DNA of 64,000 nucleotides from an uncultured Phycisphaeraceae bacterium (GTDB taxonomy: Bacteria > Planctomycetota > Phycisphaerae > Phycisphaerales > Phycisphaeraceae). The notes beneath the pieces were generated by a model. That model had not been told where the DNA came from and ran no database searches. It saw nothing but the letters and a program-made list of their open reading frames with translations. Shown here piece by piece: positions 28,041 through 36,976 of this stretch (its first letter is position 1; each line of letters begins with the position of its first letter). The position numbers and the translations under genes were made by a program. The stretch is from the NCBI GenBank assembly GCA_964625505.1, contig CAZVBW010000001.1, positions 8,542 through 72,541 on the forward strand, in the 5' to 3' direction.

Positions 28041-28805
28041 ATGCCACGGCGACAGGCCTTTACCCTCATCGAGTTGCTGGTTGTCATCAGCATCATCGCC
28101 CTGCTGATCGCGCTGCTGTTGCCGGCCCTGGGGGCGGCGCGGGAGGCGGCGCGGAGCGTGCAGTGCCTGTCCAACCTCCGGCAGAGTGGCATCGCCCAGA
28201 GCGTCTACGCCGCGGACCACGACGATTACGTGGTCATCATGGGGCAGAGCGGCACCTACAAGCCCTGGACCGCGATCTTCGAGAGAAACGGAATCCTGCC
28301 GGCTGACAACAATGATGCGACCCGATGCCCCAGCGAGCCGACGGAAGGGACGTCGCAGGCCGGTGAGGCCTACGGCATCACCACCGGCATCGCCAGCAAC
28401 TACGTCCGCCGGTCCGCGGCCCCCGGCGTCACCCCGGGGTCCAGCTACACGGTTGGCTCTTTCCCGGACGAGGATCGTCCTTACACGGTCTACCAGTTCC
28501 GCTTTCACCAGACCGACGGGGGGCAGGTCGAGAGCTACCTCAACCTGAACACCATCGGCAGGCCGACCAAGTATCTCGGCTTTGTCGACAGCTGGCGGCA
28601 GGCAACCGGGCGGCAGAACCACCAGCTCAAGACCAGCGGGATCGGCACCTACAACACCGGCGTGGCGATGCGTCACGGCGACCGGGCCCAGGCGGTCGCC
28701 TGGGACGGCCACGCCGAGGGCTACGACCGCCAGGGGTTGGCCGACCGCGGCTTTGACGAGGCGTTCGCCCAGGACGACGGCTACACGATCGTGGGCCTGC
28801 CCTGA
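28041..28805 (+). CDS. Prepilin-type N-terminal cleavage/methylation protein, DUF1559 / H-X9-DG family
   Basis: The N-terminus is [48 protein letters not shown]. The C-terminal [13 protein letters not shown] fits H-X9-DG. An AGGAAGG RBS is present. The ORF-track 5' extension (27786) overlaps the previous gene and is rejected. Confidence 0.88.
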   Translation: MPRRQAFTLIELLVVISIIALLIALLLPALGAAREAARSVQCLSNLRQSGIAQSVYAADHDDYVVIMGQSGTYKPWTAIFERNGILPADNNDATRCPSEPTEGTSQAGEAYGITTGIASNYVRRSAAPGVTPGSSYTVGSFPDEDRPYTVYQFRFHQTDGGQVESYLNLNTIGRPTKYLGFVDSWRQATGRQNHQLKTSGIGTYNTGVAMRHGDRAQAVAWDGHAEGYDRQGLADRGFDEAFAQDDGYTIVGLP

Positions 28806-28866
28806 TCGGCCGTCGGCGATCGAACCATCCCACTTCACCAACCCCCCCGCTCTCAGGAGAGGCAGA

Positions 28867-31347
28867 TTGTCGCTTACGACCCCCCGCAGGCTTTTGATTG
28901 CCCTCACCGTCGGCCTTGGGGCCCTGGGCAGCACCGCGCACGCGTCCGAGCCTGAAGCCTCCGACCCGCCGCCGACGGTCGACCACATCGGCCCGATCCA
29001 GCCGGACATGCTGCACCTCACGGTGCTCGAGGGCCGGGTGATCCCCGGCACCATCGAGCGGTACGAGCCCCAGCCGGGCGACCGGGCCCAACAGCGGACG
29101 CCGACCGAGTACGGGGCGCGGGCCCTGGACCGCGACGGTCAGACCATTGGCCTTGTCCTCGGCCGCGACGACTCGCACGTGCGCCTGCCCGACCGCTTCG
29201 AAGGTCAGCGGCTGGACCGCGCGTTGATCGACGAAGCTTCGAGCTACCGGCTCTCCACCGCCGAGGGCTCCGACGTGCCCGGGGTGGTGCGGGTCTACCG
29301 CAAAACCTCCGTGGACGACTTGAGCCTGCACAACCGTCAAGAGGGTTCGCAAGCCCAGCTGCGGCACCGCCTGTACCTGCAGCTGGACCAGCCGCTGGAG
29401 GTTGGGCGGACCTACACGCTGAACTTCGCCGACCCGCTCCTGGAGCCGGCCCGGTACGTGCATGAACCGCGAACCACCCGGAGCGACGCGGTTCACGCCC
29501 CGCACATCGGGTTTCGGCCGGGCGACCCGGCGAAGTTCGCCTACGTCTCGCTGTGGCTGGGCGAGGGCCCGGGCGTCGGCGGCGGCATCGACTTTCAGCC
29601 CGGCACGCCGTTCGAGGTGATCGACCAGGACAGCGGCGAATCGGTCTTCCAGGGCGAGCTGCAGCTGCGCCGCCGCGGCGATCAGGATGAGCAGGGCCGG
29701 ATGGTCGACTACCCCGACGGCCGGTTCAACTGGGCCAAGGTGAACGTCTACGAGGCGGACTTCTCATCGCTTGATCGGCCCGGCCGCTACCGGGTCTTCG
29801 TCGAGGGGGTGGGTTGTTCGTACCCCTTTGAAATCCGTGAGGACGTTTGGCGCGATGCGTTCCTGACAACGCTCGCGGGCATCTACGTGCACCGCAGCGG
29901 GATGCCCGTCGAGGTCACGTCGGTCGGCGGGGCTCGCTGGCACCGGCCGCGCGGGTTTCACCCGGACGACGGCGTGGTCGTTCGGCAGTCCACGGCGATC
30001 GTCAGCGACGCCGACTTTGACCGCCTCGTGCAGGGCGCAACCGAGCAGGAGGTCCCGGAGGCGTGGGGCGGCTACATGGACGCGGGGGACTGGGACCGGT
30101 CGTCCAAGCACCTGAACATCTCCTGGAACCTGCTGGATTTCGTCGAGCAGTTCCCGGAGTACGCCGGCTCACTGGACCTGCCGATCCCCGACAGCGCCGA
30201 GGTCCTGCCCCACCCGGCGTACGCCCAGGCCGACCTGCCAGACCTGCTGGACGAAGCGGTCTGGGGCCTGGACCTGTTCCGCCGGATGCAGCAGGACGAC
30301 GGCGGGGTCCGCGGCGGCATCGAGTCGGCCGCCCACCCCCGGCCGGGCGAGCCGAGCTGGCTCGAGTCGCTGGGCGTGTACGCCTGGGCCGTGGACGAGC
30401 GGTCCAGCTACTACTTCGCCAAGGTGGCCGCCAAGGCGGCCTGGGTGTTGCGGGATTACAACCCGCAGCTCGCCCAGCTGTACCACGACGCCGCCGTGCG
30501 GGCCTACGACTGGGCTCAGGCCCACCCGACCGAGTTGGACGAGGCCACGCTCCAGAGCGACTACCGCCGTAAGAAGCACCACGCGCCGGCGCTGGCCGCC
30601 GCCGCCGAGCTGTACCGCCTCACCGGCGAGACGCGGTATCAGGACGACCTGCTCGCCATCGAGCGAGAACCCGATGAAACCGCCGGCATGATCGCCGACC
30701 GCGACCTGACCGACCGCGACCAGCTCGACGCCGCCTGGACCTACATCCACACCGACCACCCGTCGGTGGATCAGGCGCTGCGCGAGACGGTCCGGGAGCA
30801 CTACCTCCGCACGACGATGGGCATGGCCCGGATCGCCAATGAGCGGACGGCGTTTGGTGTGCTGAAGTTCGGCTGGCACCCGTTCGGCGGGGCCGGGGCC
30901 GGTACCAACCCCAACGAGCGGACCGAGCACGTGGCCCGGGCGTACCTACTCACCGGCGACCCGGCGTACCGCGCGGCGGTCGTCCGGGGTGTCTCGCTGG
31001 GCCTGGGTGCCAACCCGCAGAACCTGGCCATGATCACCGGCCTGGGCCACCGCTCGCCCCAGCGCATCCTCCACGTCGACTCGCAGGCGGTGGGCCAGAC
31101 CGCCCCGGTGGGCATCGCGCTCTACGGCTGGAACCCGTCGACATCCGGCGTGCTCAGCCGGCACGGGCGGACGTTCAACACCGAGAACCAGCAGGCCATT
31201 GTGCCCGACTTCCAGACGTGGCCATATATGGAGAACTTCCACGCTCACCCGCGCTGGTGGCAGATGACCGAGTACGTCGTGGACCGCAACATGTCGCCGA
31301 CGAACTATCTGCTGGGCTTCCTGGACGCCCTGCCCGCCGAACGGTGA
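28867..31347 (+). CDS. GH9-like glycoside hydrolase with CelD_N-type Ig domain (paralog of 7757-10879)
   Basis: The TTG start lies 6 nt after an AGGAGA RBS. The signal peptide is LSLTTPRRLLIALTVGLGALGSTAHA. Motifs GGYMDAGDWDRSSKH, GANPQNLAMITGLGHRSP and MTEYVV are collinear with the other copy. Confidence 0.72.
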   Translation: MSLTTPRRLLIALTVGLGALGSTAHASEPEASDPPPTVDHIGPIQPDMLHLTVLEGRVIPGTIERYEPQPGDRAQQRTPTEYGARALDRDGQTIGLVLGRDDSHVRLPDRFEGQRLDRALIDEASSYRLSTAEGSDVPGVVRVYRKTSVDDLSLHNRQEGSQAQLRHRLYLQLDQPLEVGRTYTLNFADPLLEPARYVHEPRTTRSDAVHAPHIGFRPGDPAKFAYVSLWLGEGPGVGGGIDFQPGTPFEVIDQDSGESVFQGELQLRRRGDQDEQGRMVDYPDGRFNWAKVNVYEADFSSLDRPGRYRVFVEGVGCSYPFEIREDVWRDAFLTTLAGIYVHRSGMPVEVTSVGGARWHRPRGFHPDDGVVVRQSTAIVSDADFDRLVQGATEQEVPEAWGGYMDAGDWDRSSKHLNISWNLLDFVEQFPEYAGSLDLPIPDSAEVLPHPAYAQADLPDLLDEAVWGLDLFRRMQQDDGGVRGGIESAAHPRPGEPSWLESLGVYAWAVDERSSYYFAKVAAKAAWVLRDYNPQLAQLYHDAAVRAYDWAQAHPTELDEATLQSDYRRKKHHAPALAAAAELYRLTGETRYQDDLLAIEREPDETAGMIADRDLTDRDQLDAAWTYIHTDHPSVDQALRETVREHYLRTTMGMARIANERTAFGVLKFGWHPFGGAGAGTNPNERTEHVARAYLLTGDPAYRAAVVRGVSLGLGANPQNLAMITGLGHRSPQRILHVDSQAVGQTAPVGIALYGWNPSTSGVLSRHGRTFNTENQQAIVPDFQTWPYMENFHAHPRWWQMTEYVVDRNMSPTNYLLGFLDALPAER

Positions 31348-31581
31348 TGCCCTTCCAACAGGGGGGCGTTACCGGCTGTCTGGCGTCGATGACGCGGTGA
31401 GCAGCCAGACCTGTCACGGCCGGCCGGTGGCGGTAGCCAGCGCTGGTCCAGCGTCCGGGCTGTTGTCGCCGGGGTGATGAGGCTCTGGGTCTGCGCGTGG
31501 GGCCGTGGGGGCCGGCGGACCGGGGCAGGTGGGCTGTGCGTTGCTGGCGTTGGCGGTCATACTTGTGGGGTGAGCGGACCC

Positions 31582-32625
31582 ATGCCAGCTGCGGAACGCG
31601 GAGCGATCGCTCCGCCGGTGCGTCGGGTGCGGCGGCGGCGGGTGGCCAAGGGTGTGGTGATGCTGAGCCTGGGGGTGCTGGTGTGGCTGCTGGCCCAGTG
31701 GATGCTCTCCCCGGGCGAGTCCTCGCGGCTGCGGAGTTTTGTGTACCAGTCGAATCAGGTCTGGCTGACCGGGCGGATCGACATCGACCAGATGCCCACG
31801 GAGTACGCGATCTATGCCTCGGGGGCGTCGACGGTCGAGCCGTTTGGCCAGCCGCTGGTCGAGTCGATGGCGCGGATCCGCCAGACTGATTACGTGCGGG
31901 ACCACTTCCCGGAGTTCTATTGGGATCAGACCAGCGGCGACCACTACCTGGAGTTTGCCCGCGGCCCGCTGCACAGCTACTTCATGCGGGCCGACGAGCT
32001 GGCGGGCGACTGGGCGACCGAGCGGCGGGCGGCGGTGGTTGAGCCGCTGTTGGTCGAGGGCTGGCAGGGCAACGCGCCGCTGGATCGGCTGCGGCCGTGG
32101 CTGCCGGACCGGTTCCTGGAGCGGGCGGAGATCAGCCGGCGGATCGAGCGCCAGCTGGCGCAGCTGCACACCGAGCTTCGGCCCGACGGCGAACCGCTCT
32201 CGGCGGAGGCCGCGGCCCGTCTGGGTGAGATGGACCTGTACCTGGTGATGCTCAAGGCCCGCAAGCACGCTCGGGACCTGGCCGTCAGCGAGGGCATGCC
32301 CAGCCGGCTGGACAAGCTGGACCGGGCGCAGCAGGAGCAGGTGCTGCGGGGGCTCAAGGCGTACATCCGGCGGGAGGATCCGCGGCTGTGGCAGCAGCTG
32401 CACCTGGTGGACGCGACGGTCGGGCTGCTGGGCGTCCTGGACGCGTCGGACATTTACAGCAATCAGCTGACCCGGCCGATCCTCGCGGTCCGCGACAGCC
32501 TCGCGTGGGGTGGGCTGGTGCTGGTGATGCTGGGTCTGGGCACGCTGATGCGGCACTGGCACCGGACCGGGCCGCGTCGGACGGGGGCGGCGGGCGGCGG
32601 GGACAACGGCGACGGCGTGAGATAG
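31582..32625 (+). CDS. Hypothetical membrane protein (N- and C-terminal TM helices)
   Basis: The N-terminus MPAAERG...RRRRVAKGVVMLSLGVLVWLLAQWML and the C-terminus WGGLVLVMLGLGTLM are hydrophobic. The central region has ordinary composition. I recognise no family. Confidence 0.5.
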   Translation: MPAAERGAIAPPVRRVRRRRVAKGVVMLSLGVLVWLLAQWMLSPGESSRLRSFVYQSNQVWLTGRIDIDQMPTEYAIYASGASTVEPFGQPLVESMARIRQTDYVRDHFPEFYWDQTSGDHYLEFARGPLHSYFMRADELAGDWATERRAAVVEPLLVEGWQGNAPLDRLRPWLPDRFLERAEISRRIERQLAQLHTELRPDGEPLSAEAAARLGEMDLYLVMLKARKHARDLAVSEGMPSRLDKLDRAQQEQVLRGLKAYIRREDPRLWQQLHLVDATVGLLGVLDASDIYSNQLTRPILAVRDSLAWGGLVLVMLGLGTLMRHWHRTGPRRTGAAGGGDNGDGVR

Positions 32626-32721
32626 GGGTTGCCGGAGACGGGGGCAGCTTCGCTGCACCCGCTAAACGGGGATTGGGTGGGGGGCGAGGGGCGTGCGGGG
32701 CGACGCCCTAGGCTGTGGGCG

Positions 32722-33882
32722 ATGAGTGTGGTCCAAGCCCAAACGTTGCCGACGACGGTGGAGGATGCGGTCAACGCGCAGGTGCTGGCGGTGTCGGAGG
32801 ACCGGGTGCAGGGATTTGTGGTCGATCCGCTGGGTCGGATTGCGGAGCTGTCGGGGTTGCCGGTGGGTGTGGTGACCGAGCGGATCGCGGCGATGCTGCG
32901 GGCGGGGACGATTCGGCGGGTGCGGCAGACGCTGATCACGACGTCGCTGGCGCCGGGGGCGTTGGTGGCGTGGAAGCTGCCGCCCAAGCGGCTGACCGCG
33001 GGGTTTGAGAAGCTGCACGGGGACGATCCGTTTACGGGGCACGTGGTGACGCGGACGACGGACCGGGAGACGCCGGGCAGCGGGTATCGGCTGTGGACGA
33101 CGCTGAAGGTGCCGGTGGGCTACAGCCTGAAGAAGCATTGCGAGCTGCTGGCCGGCTGGATCGGGGCGGAAGACTTTGTGCCGCTGCCCGCGAAGAAGCT
33201 GTTTGCGTTGGGGGTAGGTCACATGCGTCGGCGGGGCCTGGAGCCGGGCAGCCGATCGGATGAACCCGGGCGGGTGCTAGATACCAAGATCGTTGAGCTG
33301 GACGAGCGGCAGTGGCGGGTGGTGACGGCGATGAAGCGGCCGTTTACCGCGGAGGAACTTGGGCCGGACCTTTGGACGTCGCGTGCCGAGGAAGCGGGGC
33401 TGACGCGGGAGGCGTTTATCGAGGCGGCGCAGCAGCTGGACGCGATGGGGATCGTCGGGCGGTTTTCGACGTTTCTGGAGCACGTGAAGCAGCACCGGGA
33501 TGGGTCGCGGGTGACGCGGTTCAACGCGTTGTTCCACTGGCGGGTACCCGAAGGTCAGCAGCTGGAGGCGGGGCGGGAGGTCGGCCGGCACCATTGCATG
33601 ACGCACGCCTACTGGCGTGAGGGCGGGCCGAAGTTTGCGGATGTGAATGTGATGGGTGTGGCGCACGGGCTGGACAAGCAACTGGTCCTGGACCACAAGT
33701 CGGCGATCGACGAGCACCTCGAGCAGGCGGGCATCCCGGTGCGGTACACGAACGTATTCTGGGGCGGGCGGAGCGAGATCAAGCCCAGCGAGATCAGCCC
33801 GCTGGCGTACCGGCAGTGGTGTGAGCAGCAGGGCATCGACCCGCGGTCGATGCGTGAGGATTTGGAGCACACGGATGTATAG
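32722..33882 (+). CDS. Two-module Lrp/AsnC-like protein resembling fused siroheme decarboxylase (NirD/L, AhbA/B type)
   Basis: There are two repeats of the pattern HTH-like segment, then ...ALVAWKLP... or ...ALFHWRVPEG..., then ...TH..R/YW.... This pattern is typical of NirDLGH/AhbAB proteins (from memory). Confidence 0.5.
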   Translation: MSVVQAQTLPTTVEDAVNAQVLAVSEDRVQGFVVDPLGRIAELSGLPVGVVTERIAAMLRAGTIRRVRQTLITTSLAPGALVAWKLPPKRLTAGFEKLHGDDPFTGHVVTRTTDRETPGSGYRLWTTLKVPVGYSLKKHCELLAGWIGAEDFVPLPAKKLFALGVGHMRRRGLEPGSRSDEPGRVLDTKIVELDERQWRVVTAMKRPFTAEELGPDLWTSRAEEAGLTREAFIEAAQQLDAMGIVGRFSTFLEHVKQHRDGSRVTRFNALFHWRVPEGQQLEAGREVGRHHCMTHAYWREGGPKFADVNVMGVAHGLDKQLVLDHKSAIDEHLEQAGIPVRYTNVFWGGRSEIKPSEISPLAYRQWCEQQGIDPRSMREDLEHTDV

Positions 33883-34114
33883 AAGATCGAACGGGCGACG
33901 GACCCGCGGATTCGGCTACGCCTCATCCGCGGCGTGGGTGATCGGGTTGGCGATGCTGCTGGTGGTGGGTTGCGAGGCCTACAGCGGCGATCGGTCCGAC
34001 AGCGGGCTGGACTCGGATGAGCTGCTGCCGGCTCCGGACTTGCCGGGCGAGGACCTGCCGGACCCGACGGACCCTCGGGTGGGCGGGCCCGGCGGCCGGT
34101 TCATTGGGCAATGA
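33875..34114 (+). CDS. Small lipoprotein (acidic, Pro-rich)
   Basis: The ATG overlaps the previous gene's stop (ATGTATAG). MYRRSNGRRTRGFGYASSAAWVIGLAMLLVVGCEAYSG contains the lipobox LVVGC. Confidence 0.5.
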   Translation: MYRRSNGRRTRGFGYASSAAWVIGLAMLLVVGCEAYSGDRSDSGLDSDELLPAPDLPGEDLPDPTDPRVGGPGGRFIGQ

Positions 34115-34136
34115 AGGCCAGGGGGAAGGACGAAGG

Positions 34137-35015
34137 ATGAAGGCAGAAGGCCCGGAGCGGTCGCCGGGTGACTCACCCGTGCGTCGGTATGTGTTGACGC
34201 TGGCGTATGAGGGGACGGGGTTTCACGGGTGGCAGAAGCAGGCGAATCCGGATGGGCCGGTGCGGACGGTGCAGGGGGAGTTGGACGCGGCGCTGGTGCA
34301 GGTCTTGCGGCAGCCGGTGAGCACCTTGGGGGCCAGCCGGACGGATGCGGGGGTGCACGCGATGGGTCAGGTGGTGCAGTTTGATGCGGCGACGCCGCTG
34401 CCGGTGGAGCGGATGGCGATGGCGATCAACAGCCGGTTGCCGGAGGACGTGCGGGTGGTGGGGGCGGCGGTGGCGCCGCGGCCGGACTTCCGGTGCATCA
34501 GCGAGCCGGTGTGGAAGCGGTACCGGTACCGGGTGGACGATTCGGGGCGGCCGGTGCTTTGGCGTCGGCGGTGGGTGCATGTGGTGCGGAGTCGGCTGGA
34601 CGTGGAGCGGATGAACGACGCGGCGGGCCGGCTGGTGGGGACGATCGACATGGCGGGGCTGGCGGCGGCGGGCCACGGCCGGGCGACGACGGTGCGGACG
34701 GTGCATCAGTGTGAGGTGGTGCGGGTGGGGGCGGCGGGGGATGAGGAGGGGGAGGCGGGGGAGGACGCGGCGGGGCGATCCGGGGGGGGGGGGGGCAGCG
34801 GGGAGGTGCACGTGGTGGTGCGGGGGGATGGGTTTTTGTGGAACACGGTGCGGATCATTGCCGGGACGTTGGTGGACGTCGGGCTGGGGCGTCTGGAGCC
34901 GGGGGTGGTGGATGAGGTGTTGGCGACGGGGGATCGACGGCGGGCCGGGCCGACGCTGCCGCCGCAGGGGTTGTGGCTGGAGCGGATTGCGTATGCGGGG
35001 GGGGAGCCGAGCTGA
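34137..35015 (+). CDS. truA: tRNA pseudouridine(38-40) synthase
   Basis: YVLTLAYEGTGFHGWQKQ and GASRTDAGVHAMGQVVQF (catalytic Asp motif) are present, as is FLWNTVRIIAG. A low-complexity insert includes a G14 tract. Confidence 0.9.
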   Translation: MKAEGPERSPGDSPVRRYVLTLAYEGTGFHGWQKQANPDGPVRTVQGELDAALVQVLRQPVSTLGASRTDAGVHAMGQVVQFDAATPLPVERMAMAINSRLPEDVRVVGAAVAPRPDFRCISEPVWKRYRYRVDDSGRPVLWRRRWVHVVRSRLDVERMNDAAGRLVGTIDMAGLAAAGHGRATTVRTVHQCEVVRVGAAGDEEGEAGEDAAGRSGGGGGSGEVHVVVRGDGFLWNTVRIIAGTLVDVGLGRLEPGVVDEVLATGDRRRAGPTLPPQGLWLERIAYAGGEPS

Positions 35016-35071
35016 GGCGTGGGCGGGGCTTTGGCTATGCCGAACGTGCTAAGCCGCGAGCGGCAACGGGA

Positions 35072-35997
35072 TCAGTCGAGCTCGTCGAGGGCGGCCTGGG
35101 CGACGGCGCGTTGGCGGAGCCATTCCTGGAACAGCTCGTCGGGCTCGTCGTAGTAGTCCAGCAGCTGTTCGTAAGCCCGGACGGCCTGGGGGTAGGCTTG
35201 GCTCTGGAGCAGCTGGTAGGCCCGGTCGTTCTGGCGGGTGAGTTCCTGGACCATCAGGTCCTGCACCTGCCGCCAGCGGCGTTCGTCCGCCTCGTTGAGG
35301 AAGTACGACCGCTGCGAGTGGGCCAGGGCCTGACGGTACTGGCGGTAGACGATGGGCAGCTCGCGTGAGCCGGCCAGCTGTTCGGGGGCGGCGGCGAAGA
35401 GGCGGCGGGCCTGTTCGACGGCTTCCTGGAAGCCGCGGTCGCCGCTGTCGATCGGGTCCAGTGGCTGGCGGATGGCGTCGTCGATCTGGTCGGCGGTGAC
35501 CGGCCGGATCCCCTCGGTCTGGACGCCGGGGTCGTCTTCCTGCTGGACGATGCTGAAGATGATGATCGCGAGGAGCATCAGCAGCACGTAGACGCCCAGG
35601 CCGACCCACAGCTTGGTCCGCGGCTTGTCCTCGCGGCTGGCGGCGGCGGGGTCGTCCTCGGGCTCGACCGGCGGGGGCGGGGCGTTGGCGGGGGCGCCGG
35701 CGACGGTGACGCGGAAGACCTCGGTCTCGCCGACGGTGACCACGTGCTCCTCGGCCATGGCGCGGGGCTTGGCCCGGACCAGTCGGCGGTCCAGTCGGGT
35801 GCCGTTGTCCGAGAGGTTGACCAGGTACCAGCGGTCGTCCTGGGCGTCCCACTCGAATCGGCCATGCTGGCGGGACATCTCCGGCAGGTCGACGACCAAG
35901 GCGTTGTCGACGTTGCGGCCGAAGCTGACCGGCGCGTCGGTGAGCAGCACGGTTTTGCCCGCGTCCTCGCCGGTCAGGATCTGGACCTGCAGGCCAT
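35072..35997 (-). CDS. FHA domain protein with a TM segment and a C-terminal helical (TPR-like) domain
   Basis: The start MNGLQVQILTGEDAGKTVLLTDAPVSFGRNVDNALVVDLPEMSRQHGRFEW...LVNLSDNGTRL is an FHA domain. The TM segment is LWVGLGVYVLLMLLAIIIFSIV. The start abuts the tadC stop (35998). Confidence 0.8.
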
Positions 35998-36912
35998 TCA
36001 TCCGAGCAGCGACCCCTGATTGATGTAGCGGATGAGCATGGGGGCAAAGACGATGGTGACCACGGCGATGAGGATCATCATCGACGGGATCAGGATCCGC
36101 AGCGATGCGGACGCGGACATCTTCTCGGCGCGGACGCCCCGCTGCATCCGGAGCATGTCGGCCTGCATCTTGAGGATCGACGCCAGCGGGGTGCCCAGCT
36201 TCTCGGCCTGGTTGACCGCCGCGACGGCCGACCGCAGGCTCTCCAGCGGGACACGCTCGGCCAGCCCGGTCATGGCCTCGGCGCGGGTAGACCCGAAGCG
36301 GATTTCGGCCAGACACACGCTCAGTTCCTGGTTGAGGTCTTCGTCGGGGTTGTCGCGGATGAGCGTTTCGACGGCCTCGGTGAAGTTGCTGCCCGCCGCC
36401 ATGACCAGGGCGACCAGGTCCAGGGTGTACGGCAGCTGCTTGCTGATGCGGGACACGCGGGCGGTCGCCGAGCTGCGGAGCGTGGTCAGCGGCAGCCAGA
36501 ACCCGGCGGCCATGAAGATCGGCACGACGATGGTCGCGGCGTTCATCGCCAGCAGCAGGTTGAGGCCCAGGCCCAGCAGCCCCCCGAGCACGCACGAGAG
36601 CACCGACAGCCCGACGTACTGGTCGACGCTGTAGCCGGCGATGTTGCCCGACGCGGAGAGGTCCTGCCAGACCCGCCGGCGCAGCGACGGCACCAGCTCC
36701 CCCAGCCTCGAGCCCAGGCGGACCGCGGGCTCCATCAGCGGCGCCAGCGCAGCGTTCTCGAAGACCGTCGCGCGGTCCACGTCCAGCGCCCGGACGATCT
36801 GCCGGTGCTGGGCGACCTGGGCCGCCGACGCCGGGCGGCACAGCAGCAGCCACACCACCGCGAACACGGCGGCGAAGACGACCAGCGAGATGACAAATTG
36901 CAGTGGGTCCAT
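35998..36912 (-). CDS. tadC: Type II secretion system F family protein (Tad pilus TadC-like)
   Basis: This is a T2SSF domain (KQLPYTLDLVALVMAAGSNFTEAVETLI...LGTPLASILKMQADMLRMQRGVRAEKMSASASLRILIP) with the typical TM topology. Confidence 0.8.
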   Translation of the reverse strand: MDPLQFVISLVVFAAVFAVVWLLLCRPASAAQVAQHRQIVRALDVDRATVFENAALAPLMEPAVRLGSRLGELVPSLRRRVWQDLSASGNIAGYSVDQYVGLSVLSCVLGGLLGLGLNLLLAMNAATIVVPIFMAAGFWLPLTTLRSSATARVSRISKQLPYTLDLVALVMAAGSNFTEAVETLIRDNPDEDLNQELSVCLAEIRFGSTRAEAMTGLAERVPLESLRSAVAAVNQAEKLGTPLASILKMQADMLRMQRGVRAEKMSASASLRILIPSMMILIAVVTIVFAPMLIRYINQGSLLG

Positions 36913-36976
36913 CAGCAGGGGTCAACTTAACCGGCGGCAAGCCTCGGGATGGCCATCCCCGGGCTTGACCAAGGCC

